Assembly: GCA_045651785.1 (NCBI GenBank)
Contig: JAZRTE010000102.1
Coordinates: 1 to 55,641, forward strand
DNA from: Eubacteriales bacterium
Lineage (GTDB): Bacteria; Bacillota; Clostridia; Oscillospirales; CAG-382
Reading direction: 5' to 3'
DNA length: 55,641 nucleotides
The translations under genes and the position numbers were made by a program. Numbering within the stretch: position 1 is the stretch's first letter; every line of letters starts with the position of its first letter. The notes beneath the pieces are model-generated. The model was given only the letters and a program-made list of their open reading frames with translations, did no database searches and was not told where the DNA came from. Shown here in pieces: positions 8,401 to 15,950 of this stretch.

Positions 8401-9488
8401 TTCAGCACTCGCTCGCGGAAGAATATGCAGAATCGGTTGCCGTGAAGACGGTTAAGCTCATCGATCCTGCTGTAAGCCTTATCGACTATCTCGTTATCGT
8501 TCGGCATATAGGGCGTTTTTGCATCGGGAAGGTCGGCAAGCAGGCAAAAAAACACGTTCCCGTCGGGGTTCATATAGCGGAACCGCAAAAGCGAATCAAA
8601 AACTCGGTCATCGCTTTTTTCGCCCGTAAGGAGCGCCGCGACGGTGACGAGCGTTTTCGCTTCATCGGGAACGGCGTCAAGCTCTACCCTCAGCGCTTGC
8701 TCGACCGGCATAATGCGCGAAACGGCAACGTCGGCGATCGCGCCCGACGTGATGCAAAAGGGGATTGTAAGCAAAAGGGCTATCCACCCTGTAAGCAGAC
8801 CCGACAGCACAAAGAGCACCGAAAAGATGACAGCGGCGACGGTAAACCAAAGAAAAAGGTATTTTTTATCGGGAGCAAATAGCAAATTTCCGAGCAGGCA
8901 GCCGTTTTTCCTTGCTCTTTCGATAAGCTCGGTCACAGCCTGTTCCTCGCTTATCCCTCGCTTTTTTGCGTTAACTGCAATCGCGCGGCGGTATCTGCTT
9001 TTTGTTTCGGGGGTGAAATTTTCATAATTCGGCTCAAACGACGATACCGCACCCTCGGGCGCCCATACCTGCGGAATAATATCGCCGTATTCAGGCTCTG
9101 TAACGGCGCGCAGCGTTTTTATCGCATTAGGTACCGTATCCGCCCAATGCTTCGATTCAAGTGATTCACCGATCTTGATTATCGCACAGGCACAGATCAG
9201 GTCGGGTACCGATATCAGCTCGAAATACCCGAATCCGATTCCGCTTCCCTTGATACGTGCAACGATGCTTTTCGGAGAGGGTGCAAAATCGTGATCCTCA
9301 CAGCAGGAGAAAATCAATCCGAACAGCTTTTTGTGCGAAAGCGAGCTTTTATGCTTCTGTAACGCACGGTACTGTCGGTCGATAAGATAAAAATTATCGC
9401 ATATCCAATCGGTCACGGTTGGCTCGTCAAGACGCTTTTTTATTGCGCCGTATCCTTTTTTTAATCGCTTGCTTATGCCGTTTTGCAT
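2427..9488 (-). CDS. Cyclic beta-1,2-glucan synthase-like protein (GT84-type glycosyltransferase + central glucoamylase-like/cyclization domain + C-terminal GH94 phosphorylase-like domain), 2353 aa
   Basis: GT motifs ITLDSDT, SHDVLEG and RRHHRWMRGDFQN, flanked by TM segments. Central NLYNWYSL/SVDSGNF region. C-terminal GH94-like GGAYGFRDQLQD, HWWH, CSDDLLYLP and SCDWNDA. Start set at ATG 9488 (MQNGISKRL) with a GGGGG RBS. The tracked 180-aa extension to 10028 overlaps tepA and is rejected. Confidence 0.9.
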   Translation of the reverse strand: MQNGISKRLKKGYGAIKKRLDEPTVTDWICDNFYLIDRQYRALQKHKSSLSHKKLFGLIFSCCEDHDFAPSPKSIVARIKGSGIGFGYFELISVPDLICACAIIKIGESLESKHWADTVPNAIKTLRAVTEPEYGDIIPQVWAPEGAVSSFEPNYENFTPETKSRYRRAIAVNAKKRGISEEQAVTELIERARKNGCLLGNLLFAPDKKYLFLWFTVAAVIFSVLFVLSGLLTGWIALLLTIPFCITSGAIADVAVSRIMPVEQALRVELDAVPDEAKTLVTVAALLTGEKSDDRVFDSLLRFRYMNPDGNVFFCLLADLPDAKTPYMPNDNEIVDKAYSRIDELNRLHGNRFCIFFRERVLNESESTYGGWERKRGAVCELVSHIVNGGKREYRGGDFIRDIKYMITLDSDTNLSVGSVKELLSVALHPINRPRVVEGRVVSGYGIIQPSVRTELKSAYKTAFSRLISGSGGADIYSGASFSRRQSLFGVGNFCGKGLIDVELFGSLICDKLPKGLILSHDVLEGNIMRTLAATDITLTDSTPANPVSYFRRHHRWMRGDFQNLVFLMGKRFDALSKFGLLAVALRHLSPLFSFAAVLANCFSRSTNGLFVLLFAYSEFLLPFAVNGIVFFFSGTPFACVRFFSKACSDITQNAFRVFFEISSSCRRAILALDALVLAAIRLCTRKKTLEWTTAAQTELLSSTLGKYVLDGITSVIFGLLILIFARPPFIKLLGLCYFVYPLVSVILSRNIGGGNMVMPNFTRQQKETLISHVKDMFGFYYDNVTERTNHLPPDNVQLSPVSDIALRTSPTNIGFYLVSLLAARDLEIIAAKELCDRLEGSLDSIEKMEKFKGNLYNWYSLTDLSVIGDRYTSSVDSGNFVVMLVALKEGLREYSRECERVNSIIARVEKLINETDLTVFYDNRRALFCIGIRGDGQRDTSFYDMLMSEARMTAYYIVASSSVPKKHWQSLGRTLTHRSGYIGMMSWSGTAFEYFMPHLFLPLYRDSFMYESLAFALAVQRGENKPWGVSESGFYSFDSEMRYQYKANGIQSLALRRIGANEKTISPYSTYLSLCICPTGAIKNLHELEKCGMYGKYGLYEALDLNMDQNGICVKSYMAHHVGMSVIAVTNAVLDNIFVRRFISDVKMASACELLQEKIPTDAHVFEDGTRRENEPKRILSVIKRVSSSPDLQNPTSVLMTKGDMSAIVTSSGHIAVNCGERAITNTVFDPESLRFSLGVTFSRFGEAFGCVPLYSPEGKGFEINGDSVSHIASGKDFSGRVQYAMAENCGCLIISTRAEALKHYDVTLSFEPVLETEKRFLSHISFSRLFIESEYDAQKRILYFHRRSGLDGQHIFTLAVAPRDKTDSFSFLTSRESLSSSSVASPLDYASVPTDNKVGACIDPLCLARCTDADGGKATFLITCGQTARECERNIARARADRSFAPLKPQCGMQAELLTALLYNKGESIDEAFHGVGISDLWGKSISGDYPLAVVCISEIAKKRVTSIIDAFLSLARAMIRCELIFIVSESDGYNRPVERSVYESCERANALQYTGRNGGIFILRRDALSDKLASALVSHASFYYDLSRPTSKECRVIRREPCRAVILPQNATGLIPPANAIISGNGFFLNDSYTVDKSVMPKAPYSFVLTGKRFSTVVTQSSLGYTFYDNARERRICSFYGDPRSLDNGERVFMLSNGKEYDLCAVSSRVVYEKGKAVYFGDVDGIAYTVTVCIDRKFPVKLIRVQYSKGVVAETRFVVEPVMGDSVGRARSISFMRFSAGNNSAMLFRNTFGMTFPEGVGFAGACGGELKLEEKTLSCNSGDALFFLGATTSESGAKRIISVLNRKFFDRSLESAISFAESLIPKIKVSTRSAATDALMNFFLPYQVAACRMYARGSFYQSGGAYGFRDQLQDCLTLIYSNPNLVRTHIFRCCAHQYLEGDVMHWWHTRHINRVNNGVRSKCSDDLLYLPLVVADYIEKTGDLKTLDIGVKYLSSPPLGSKNERYELPTRSDVKESVYLHCLRALARAEQTGKHGLILMGSCDWNDAFSLVGEKGIGESVFSTLLFIIVAEKFIPIAESRGDTETANHYRETVKSLRRAVEENAFFGDRYARAFCDDGKILGIEGCKECEIDILSQAFAALAGLNRERTKIALQTAFSKLFDSKNKIFKLFSPPFVNGKARVGYIRGYVAGIRENGGQYTHGALWGALGFLAVGMTEEALTVFECANPATRCADKELAHRYKTEPYAIAADIYSGDHSGRGGWSWYTGAASWFYRIMLEHILGLKFGADQTLLSASPLIAFKAEITLGNANLHITASRDTAIATVNGEEVSFPLRLQDGEYFIRLPIKE

Positions 9489-9608
9489 ACAGACCCCCGA
9501 AATTACCTGATTTTTACTGCTATTATCGGCATTTTTACGACTATTTATTCGGTATAAAACCAACCGATTGTCAGCAATACTAATAAAAAACGGTTTGGAG
9601 AGCTTATT

Positions 9609-10310
9609 ATGATCTTTTGCAGCAACGATGAAAATATTACAAACGAAAGGGACAACGAGGAAGCAACGCAGCAGCCCGACGGAAACGTAACGACGAGCGC
9701 AAACGGAATTTGCATCCATTCGATGGTCATAGCAGGACAGATAGAGGGGCATTTTGCAGCATCCCCTCAAAGCAAATCTACCAAATACGAGCAGTGTATT
9801 CCTGCTCTCGTTGCGGTTGAAGAAAACGACGAAATCGACGGACTTTTGATTCTTTTGAATACGATAGGCGGTGATATTGAGGCAGGCCTTGCCATCGCCG
9901 AGCTTATTTCGGGGATGACCAAGCCGACCGTTTCGATAGTGCTTGGCGGCGGACATTCGATAGGCGTGCCCTTGGCGGTATCGGCAAAAAAATCTTTTAT
10001 CGTACCGAGCGCAACGATGACCATTCACCCCGTGAGGTTAAACGGACTTGTCATCGGTGTACCGCAGACCTTTGCAAACCTTGCGAAAATGCAGGAGCGC
10101 ATTATTGAATTCATCGTGAGAAATTCACGCGCCGACGGCAACACGGTGCGTCGGCTTATGACCGCCACAGACGATATGACGACCGACATCGGCACGGTCA
10201 TTGACGGGCGTGAGGCGGTAAGTTACGGCATTATCGATAGTGTCGGCGGTCTCGGCGATGCGGTGGGCGAATTGAAGAATATGATACGAAGCTATAAAGG
10301 CCTTAATTGA
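9609..10310 (+). CDS. tepA: Translocation-enhancing protein TepA (ClpP/SppA-fold peptidase family)
   Basis: Near-colinear match to remembered B. subtilis TepA: GQIEGH...KSTKYE...LNTIGGDIEAGLAIAE...PTVSIVLGGGHSIGVP...TMTIHPVRLNGLVIGVPQTF..KMQERI. GGAGAG RBS. Confidence 0.9.
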   Translation: MIFCSNDENITNERDNEEATQQPDGNVTTSANGICIHSMVIAGQIEGHFAASPQSKSTKYEQCIPALVAVEENDEIDGLLILLNTIGGDIEAGLAIAELISGMTKPTVSIVLGGGHSIGVPLAVSAKKSFIVPSATMTIHPVRLNGLVIGVPQTFANLAKMQERIIEFIVRNSRADGNTVRRLMTATDDMTTDIGTVIDGREAVSYGIIDSVGGLGDAVGELKNMIRSYKGLN

Positions 10311-10400
10311 GCTGTCCGTCTTGAATAAAAAAGAGGTTAAATGCTAACTGCTCCTTTGTGTAAAGGGAGCGGTTTTGACTGAAACGCAACGAATGAAAAA

Positions 10401-10458
10401 GGCTTCCCCTTGGGGGGAAGCTGTCATCGCGGTAAAATAGCGATGACTGATGAGGGGA
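10401..10458. repeat. GC-rich nested-hairpin repeat unit, copy 1
   Basis: GGCTTCCCC-ttgg-GGGGAAGC, then TGTCATCGC-ggtaaaata-GCGATGAC, then TGATGAGGGG. Confidence 0.75.
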
Positions 10459-10481
10459 ACATTTTTCTATTTTTAGTAACA

Positions 10482-10531
10482 CCCCCCCTCATCCGTCACC
10501 TACGGTGACACCTTCCCCCGAGGGGGAAGGC
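10482..10531. repeat. GC-rich nested-hairpin repeat unit, copy 2 (inverted relative to copy 1)
   Basis: Its reverse complement reads GCCTTCCCCC-tc-GGGGGAAGG, TGTCACC-gta-GGTGAC, GGATGAGGGGGGG. This is the same three-part architecture as copy 1. Confidence 0.75.
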
Positions 10532-10621
10532 TATTCTTGGCGAAGCATACAGTGATATGACTCAACCGCGGGCTATGATTGGAACGATAAGAAAAGCTTC
10601 TTTGTGCAAATTTTCGTATAT

Positions 10622-10660
10622 AAAAAAGTGCTGCGGAATTTTAGTTCCGCGGCACTTTTT
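10622..10660. terminator. Bidirectional terminator between convergent tepA and the ABC exporter
   Basis: AAAAAGTGCTGCGGAA-ttttag-TTCCGCGGCACTTTTT, with A-run and T-run flanks. Confidence 0.75.
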
Positions 10661-10690
10661 CGGGTTATTATTACGTTTTAAAATTCGGTT

Positions 10691-12430
10691 TTAATTTACT
10701 CGGTTATAAAGGCCGGCATAAATACCGCCCTTTGCCAAGAGCTGTTCGTGGTTGCCGCGTTCGGCAATACCGTCTTGGTTGATGACTAAAATTTCATCGG
10801 CGCTTTGGATTGTAGAGAGTCGGTGAGCGACGACGATAACGGTTCTGCCCTTTGCAAGACGGTCGAGAGATTGCTGTATCTGCATTTCTGTTACGTTATC
10901 AAGCGCGCTTGTTGCTTCGTCGAGAATGAGTATCGGCGGATTTTTAAGGAATACGCGCGCGATGGAAATTCTTTGCTTCTGACCGCCCGAAAGGTTGATT
11001 CCCCTTTCGCCTACCAAGGTGTCATAGCCCTTTTCAAGCGTCATTATGTAATCGTGGATATTGGCGCGCTTTGCCGCTTCGACGATTTCGTCATCGGTCG
11101 CATCAAGGTTGCCATAGGCAATATTTTCGCGCACCGTACCCGAAAACAGGAACACGTCCTGAGCTACGATACCGATGTTTTTGCGGAGAGAATAACGGGA
11201 AAGCTCGGTTATATCGATTCCGTCGATGGTGATTTTACCGCCGTCAAGCTCGTAAAAGCGCGGTATAAGGTTGCAAAGCGTTGTTTTGCCGCCGCCCGAC
11301 GGGCCGACAAGCGCAACGGTTTTGCCCGAATCGATGGAAAGCGAAAGGTTTTTCAAAACGCCCTTACCGGTGTCACCGGTGGGATAGGAAAAGGTTACAT
11401 CGGAAAAAACGATATCGCCCTTTGCGTTTTCAAGCACCTTTGCGTTTTCGGTTTCGGGCTCGTCTTCCTTTTCCATAATTTCACGGAATCGCGAAAAACC
11501 GGTCATTCCGTTTTGAAGCTGCTCGAAAAGTGAAATAAAGCGGTTTATCGGCTTTAAAAGCATTGCCATATAAAGGATGAATGCCGCAAATTCGCCGCTG
11601 TCGATTGCAAATTTGCTTTCGGGAGAAACGAAGCCGTTATAGAAGAACAATCCGCCTGCGACAAGCGCGGCAAGATAGAGAAAATCGGTAAAGAAGGTCA
11701 TTGCGGAATGGAACTGTCCCATCGCCTTATAGGCAAAGCCGCGCGCTTCCTTGTATTTTTCGTTCGCTTTATCGAACTTTGCGTTTTCGTGAGATTCGCA
11801 GGTATAGGCGCGCGAAACGCGAATGCCCGATATCGAGGTTTCGACGTTTGCGTTGACCTCGGCAACCTCCTCGCGCGTTTTGGTGAACGCATCCTTCATT
11901 CTCTTTCGCATTTTTACCGAGAAGAAAACAACGAAAGGAATGAGCGCGTAAATGATAAGCGTTAACCAGACGTTTATCGTCGAAAGCGCGATAAACGAGC
12001 CGATAAACATTATTATCGAAAGGAAAAGGTCCTCGGGGCCGTGGTGCGCAAGCTCAGAAACGTCCATAAGGTCGTTAACAAGTCGCGAAAGGATCGTACC
12101 CGTTTTGTTCTCATCGAAGAAGGAAAAGGGTAATTTTTGGAGCTTTCTGAACATATCGCGACGCATATCGCCCTGCATTCTTACGCCGACGACGTGTCCC
12201 CAATAGGAAACGATATAGTTAAGCACCATTTTTGCAAGATAGAGCGCCAAAATGATTCCCGCCCAGGTTAAAAGCAACCGCAGATTGCGATTGGGCACGT
12301 AATCGTTAATGATGTTTTTCGTGATAATGGGATAAAAAAGGTCGGTCAAAGCGATAAGGAAGGAACAGAACATATCGAATATAAACAGCTTTTTATGCGG
12401 TTTGTAGTACTTGATAAATTCTCGTATCAT
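10691..12430 (-). CDS. ABC transporter, fused permease/ATP-binding exporter (MsbA/MdlB type)
   Basis: N-terminal 6-TM domain. Walker A GPSGGGKTT, signature LSGGQKQRISIAR, Walker B ILILDEATSALD, H-loop VAHRLST. GGGGAGAAG RBS. Confidence 0.95.
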   Translation of the reverse strand: MIREFIKYYKPHKKLFIFDMFCSFLIALTDLFYPIITKNIINDYVPNRNLRLLLTWAGIILALYLAKMVLNYIVSYWGHVVGVRMQGDMRRDMFRKLQKLPFSFFDENKTGTILSRLVNDLMDVSELAHHGPEDLFLSIIMFIGSFIALSTINVWLTLIIYALIPFVVFFSVKMRKRMKDAFTKTREEVAEVNANVETSISGIRVSRAYTCESHENAKFDKANEKYKEARGFAYKAMGQFHSAMTFFTDFLYLAALVAGGLFFYNGFVSPESKFAIDSGEFAAFILYMAMLLKPINRFISLFEQLQNGMTGFSRFREIMEKEDEPETENAKVLENAKGDIVFSDVTFSYPTGDTGKGVLKNLSLSIDSGKTVALVGPSGGGKTTLCNLIPRFYELDGGKITIDGIDITELSRYSLRKNIGIVAQDVFLFSGTVRENIAYGNLDATDDEIVEAAKRANIHDYIMTLEKGYDTLVGERGINLSGGQKQRISIARVFLKNPPILILDEATSALDNVTEMQIQQSLDRLAKGRTVIVVAHRLSTIQSADEILVINQDGIAERGNHEQLLAKGGIYAGLYNRVN

Positions 12431-12462
12431 ATTTTCTTCTCCCCAAAATTTTTCTCATTATA

Positions 12463-12490
12463 ATTATACATTTTTAAGGGATTTTGTCAA
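12463..12490 (-). promoter_or_regulatory. Sigma-70-like promoter of the ABC exporter, TTGACA-16-TATAAT
   Basis: Minus strand reads TTGACAaaatcccttaaaaatgTATAATTATAAT, about 33 nt upstream of the ATG at 12430. Confidence 0.6.
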
Positions 12491-12523
12491 TAAAAAAGGA
12501 TTTCCCGATTAAAGGAAATCCTT
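12491..12523 (-). terminator. Terminator after the DUF805 gene
   Basis: AAGGATTTCC / GGAAATCCTT stem, followed on the minus strand by TTTTTTA. Confidence 0.7.
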
Positions 12524-12531
12524 CAAGGTGA

Positions 12532-13026
12532 TTATTCAACGTCAAATCTTGAAACGTAGGGCTTTTCTTCCTCGGCTTCACAATCGTTATCACGTTTGGG
12601 ATCCGGCCCGAATTTGTTTTTGCCGACCGTGCCTGCCGAAGCCATCCAAACGATAAAGATGATCGAGCACGCCAATGAAACAACCGAGTTCAAAATACCG
12701 CCCAAGCCGACAAGAGCAAGGATACCCGAAACGACGTAGGGTAGATATTTGATGAACACGTGGAAAATACCCCTGCCGGTGTCGTGCAACCTTCTTATCG
12801 TAATCGCCAAGGTAGGAACGAGTGAAAGTAACATATATGCAATGCAAATTAACCAAGCGAAAACGGTGATGGTCGTCGATGCAAAATAGGAGCAAAGCAG
12901 GGCTATTCCCAAGCTTCCGTACGCAACGATCATATCACAAACAGAGTAAAGCCAATAATCCCTTCTTCTTGTACGTCCGTCCCAACGCTTCCACATTTTC
13001 AGTCCGTTGATATACGCTTTAATCAA
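12532..13026 (-). CDS. DUF805 family membrane protein
   Basis: GRTRRRDYW near the N-terminus and RRLHDTGRG between TM segments. Start moved to TTG 13026, which follows GGGAGGA at 8 nt. The tracked ATG 13077 lacks an RBS. Confidence 0.8.
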   Translation of the reverse strand: MIKAYINGLKMWKRWDGRTRRRDYWLYSVCDMIVAYGSLGIALLCSYFASTTITVFAWLICIAYMLLSLVPTLAITIRRLHDTGRGIFHVFIKYLPYVVSGILALVGLGGILNSVVSLACSIIFIVWMASAGTVGKNKFGPDPKRDNDCEAEEEKPYVSRFDVE

Positions 13027-13127
13027 AATAAATTCCTCCCATCTCTTAAGCGTTGCCCGATTGTAACACACAATCATTTGATTGTCAAGACCTTTTGTAA
13101 CAATTTTTTAATATTTTTGTCTTTTAC

Positions 13128-13156
13128 TTGACAAAAGGATAGATTCATTATATTAT
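13128..13156 (+). promoter_or_regulatory. Sigma-70-like promoter, TTGACA-17-TATTAT
   Basis: TTGACA 13128-13133, 17-nt spacer, TATTAT 13151-13156; upstream of the oxidoreductase gene. Confidence 0.6.
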
Positions 13157-13203
13157 CAAGGTAGTCTATTTTGTTGTAATACAACATAAAAAAGGAGCTA
13201 ACA

Positions 13204-14265
13204 ATGGAAAAATTAAGAGTTGCCATTATCGGCACAGGCGGTATCAGTAACAGCCACATGGGCGGTTACAAAGCAATTCCCGACAAATGCGAAGTAGTTG
13301 CAGTCTGCGACCTTGACGAAGAAAAGGCGAAGAATTATGCAAAAAACTATAACGTACCCGCATATTACACCGATTTTAACGAAATGTTCGCAAAGGAAAA
13401 GATAGATGCCGTTTCGGTTTGTACCTGGAACTCCTCGCACGCGCCCGCAACCATTGCCGCGCTCAACGCAGGCTGTCACGTTATTTGCGAAAAGCCGATG
13501 GCTATGAATACCGAAGAAGCAGAAGCAATGCTTGCCGCTTCAAAGGCAAATAACAAGGTGCTTATGGTTGGCTTCGTTCGCCGCTTCGGTAACGATGCAG
13601 ACCTTATCCGTCAATTCAGCGACGGCGGTACTTTGGGCGACCTTTATTATGCAAAAGCAACCTATCTTCGCCGTAACGGCTGCCCCGGCGGCTGGTTTGG
13701 CGATAAGGAATATGCAGGCGGCGGTCCTCTTATCGACCTCGGCGTGCACGTTATCGACCTTGTTCGCTTCCTCGCAGGTAACCCCAAACCCGTTTCGGCT
13801 TACGGCGTAACCTATAACAACCTCGACCCCAACCGCGCAGGCGGCGGTCAAAGCTGGGTTTCCACAACAAAGGGTCACAACTTCAAATATGACGTTGAAG
13901 AAATGGCTGCCGCAATGATTCGCTTTGATAACGGTCTTACTCTTTCGGTTGAAGCTTCATTTAAGCTCAACATTAAGAACGACCGCGGCGAGATCGAGCT
14001 TTTCGGCACCAAAGCAGGCGCAAAGATCGATCCGCAGGTTGAATTCTTCGGTGATATGAACGGCAGATTCGTTAACATTAAGCCGAGCGGCGACACCGCA
14101 CTTTCATTCGACGGTCTTTTCGCACGTGAGATCAACCACTTTGTTGAATGCTGCTTCGGCAACTGCGAATGCATCGCTCCGGCAGAGGACGGCGTTGTTC
14201 TTATGAAGATACTCGACGCTATTTACGAATCGGCAAGAACCGGACACGAAGTTATTATCAAGTAA
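13204..14265 (+). CDS. Gfo/Idh/MocA family NAD(P)-dependent oxidoreductase
   Basis: N-terminal Rossmann motif VAIIGTGGIS and EKPMA motif (ICEKPMAMN); AGGAG RBS. Confidence 0.9.
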   Translation: MEKLRVAIIGTGGISNSHMGGYKAIPDKCEVVAVCDLDEEKAKNYAKNYNVPAYYTDFNEMFAKEKIDAVSVCTWNSSHAPATIAALNAGCHVICEKPMAMNTEEAEAMLAASKANNKVLMVGFVRRFGNDADLIRQFSDGGTLGDLYYAKATYLRRNGCPGGWFGDKEYAGGGPLIDLGVHVIDLVRFLAGNPKPVSAYGVTYNNLDPNRAGGGQSWVSTTKGHNFKYDVEEMAAAMIRFDNGLTLSVEASFKLNIKNDRGEIELFGTKAGAKIDPQVEFFGDMNGRFVNIKPSGDTALSFDGLFAREINHFVECCFGNCECIAPAEDGVVLMKILDAIYESARTGHEVIIK

Positions 14266-14280
14266 ATTCAAACAACAAAA

Positions 14281-14332
14281 AAGACTGTTATTTGCTGTCC
14301 GTACAAAACGGAGCTCGACATTTAACAGTCTT
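14281..14332. terminator. Possible bidirectional terminator (long-loop hairpin)
   Basis: AAGACTGTTA (14281-14290) / TAACAGTCTT (14323-14332) with A-run and T-run flanks. The 32-nt loop is long, and the hairpin overlaps the PAP2 stop. Confidence 0.4.
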
Positions 14333-15005
14333 TTTTATTCGCTTTTCTTTTGTCGTATATACGCTCACCGAAGTATCCGATCAGCGCAACGATTACCGCA
14401 ACGGCGATGCCTGCATAAACGTCGAGGATGCTGTGTTGCTTGATAAACACGGTGGATGCCGCTATCATCACGCACCAAATGCCTGTAAGAATCTTCGCAT
14501 AAAGCTTTTTGCACATCGTTTTGCTTTGCAAAATCACGAAAAGCATTGCAAAGGATATCGAAACGTGCATCGATGGCATTACGTTTCTCGGCGGTGTATC
14601 GGCATCATAAATTATCTTTACCATATCGATTGCGAAGTTATCTCTGCCGAGCGCCGAAAAATCGGGACGAAGCGCCTCGTCAATGCCGTTGGGGATAAAA
14701 GTGCAGATAAGCATCGGTATCAGCATCGAGCCGATAAGCACAAGGTTTGACCGCAAAAATTCACGTCTGTCGCTTTTGAACAGCGGATAGATAACGATTG
14801 CCGCGATACAGAAATACCAAGTGCAGTAAGGGATGATGAACCATTCGCAAAACGGAATTTTTGCATCGAGCGGACTTTCAATAAGCAACACCTTATCGTC
14901 AAGAAAACCGATACGTAAAAGCTCGTACCATATCGAATGTATCGGCCAATACAGCAATATCAGGCTGTATTTATGCGTTGTTATGTAATCTTTAATTATT
15001 TTCAT
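14322..15005 (-). CDS. PAP2-superfamily membrane phosphatase/phosphotransferase-like protein
   Basis: Multi-TM protein with PSMHVS and STVFIKQHSILDV motifs (PAP2 C2/C3-like). Confidence 0.7.
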   Translation of the reverse strand: MKIIKDYITTHKYSLILLYWPIHSIWYELLRIGFLDDKVLLIESPLDAKIPFCEWFIIPYCTWYFCIAAIVIYPLFKSDRREFLRSNLVLIGSMLIPMLICTFIPNGIDEALRPDFSALGRDNFAIDMVKIIYDADTPPRNVMPSMHVSISFAMLFVILQSKTMCKKLYAKILTGIWCVMIAASTVFIKQHSILDVYAGIAVAVIVALIGYFGERIYDKRKANKKDC

Positions 15006-15074
15006 AATATGCCTCGAATGTCGGCGATTGTCGAATTACGTAATTATATCACGATTCGTTCGGTTTTTCAAGGG

Positions 15075-15950
15075 TTACATATAAAGCTTTAAGGTTTTCT
15101 CAATCCAATAATCAAATTCTGCCGTCGGGCAATAATGCTCAAGCTCTTTAAAGCGCTTGTACGCCTCGACCCCGTCGGTCGGATCGTGCCAAATATCGGC
15201 AAAGATATAGTCGAAATTATACCTGCTTGCCTCTTTTTCGGCAAATTCAAAGGCGTCGGCACAAACTATTTTTATTTTTTCGGGATTTGTAAAGCAGGGC
15301 AAAATAAGCTCGTTAAAAAGCGATATGACCGATTCGTCCCTTTCGACCACAGTCACGCTTTCGACCTCGTCCTTTCTTGCGCACATAAACGCAAAATAAC
15401 CGAGTCCGAGCCCATAGGTGCAAACCCTTCCCTTTGCCTTTTGTATCGGCAAACGTTGGGTGACGATTTCGTTTGGCATCATAGTCATCCATTCTCTGCC
15501 GTTTTGAAGCACCGAAAGGAATTTAAATTCTCGGTCGAAATAGCCGATTTGGGGAATTACCCGTCCGTCGGGCAGAGTTAAGGGGTCGTCGCAGACAAAA
15601 GCGGTAAAGGGCGTCAGCGTATCCTCGCGAAGCTCCCATTCGTTAACCTTTTTGCCGCCCTTGATGCGTACCGAGCGGTAAAATTCGTCGCTTGTAAAAT
15701 ATTCATCGTCGAGATGATGAAGCATTAACGGCGAATAGCTTTCCCAAAGAATGCGGTCGGATTCGATATCGGTGTCAAAGCCCAATGCCGCGCAAAGCAG
15801 AAGCGAATAGGCGTTTTCAACGGTAAGACCGTAGCCATCGGTCAGCTCGCGCACCATTTCGGCGGTAATAAAATCGGGCTTGTTGTTTAGAAGTAATGCG
15901 AGTCGGTCGAAAATTATGCCGTTTGAGCTTTTTATCTCGTCATAGGTCAT
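15075..15950 (-). CDS. Class I SAM-methyltransferase / spermidine-synthase-fold protein with an uncharacterised N-terminal domain
   Basis: VCTYGLGLGYF (motif I-like), VTVVERDESVI (acidic end of beta-2) and FDYIFADIWHDP (like yDvIivD..DP). Its start overlaps the MATE stop (ATGA at 15947-15950). Confidence 0.6.
   Translation of the reverse strand: MTYDEIKSSNGIIFDRLALLLNNKPDFITAEMVRELTDGYGLTVENAYSLLLCAALGFDTDIESDRILWESYSPLMLHHLDDEYFTSDEFYRSVRIKGGKKVNEWELREDTLTPFTAFVCDDPLTLPDGRVIPQIGYFDREFKFLSVLQNGREWMTMMPNEIVTQRLPIQKAKGRVCTYGLGLGYFAFMCARKDEVESVTVVERDESVISLFNELILPCFTNPEKIKIVCADAFEFAEKEASRYNFDYIFADIWHDPTDGVEAYKRFKELEHYCPTAEFDYWIEKTLKLYM

Noticed and set aside
9489-10028. 180-codon N-terminal extension of the giant minus-strand ORF (tracked as 2427-10028)
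   Set aside because: The extension is Arg/Cys/His-rich junk-like sequence. It overlaps the strongly supported tepA gene on the opposite strand. An internal ATG at 9488 has a GGGGG RBS and is where recognisable protein sequence begins.
10401-10531. CRISPR-like repeats
   Set aside because: There are only two units, in inverted rather than direct orientation. No regular spacers and no cas genes are present, so they are classified as REP/MITE-like hairpin repeats.
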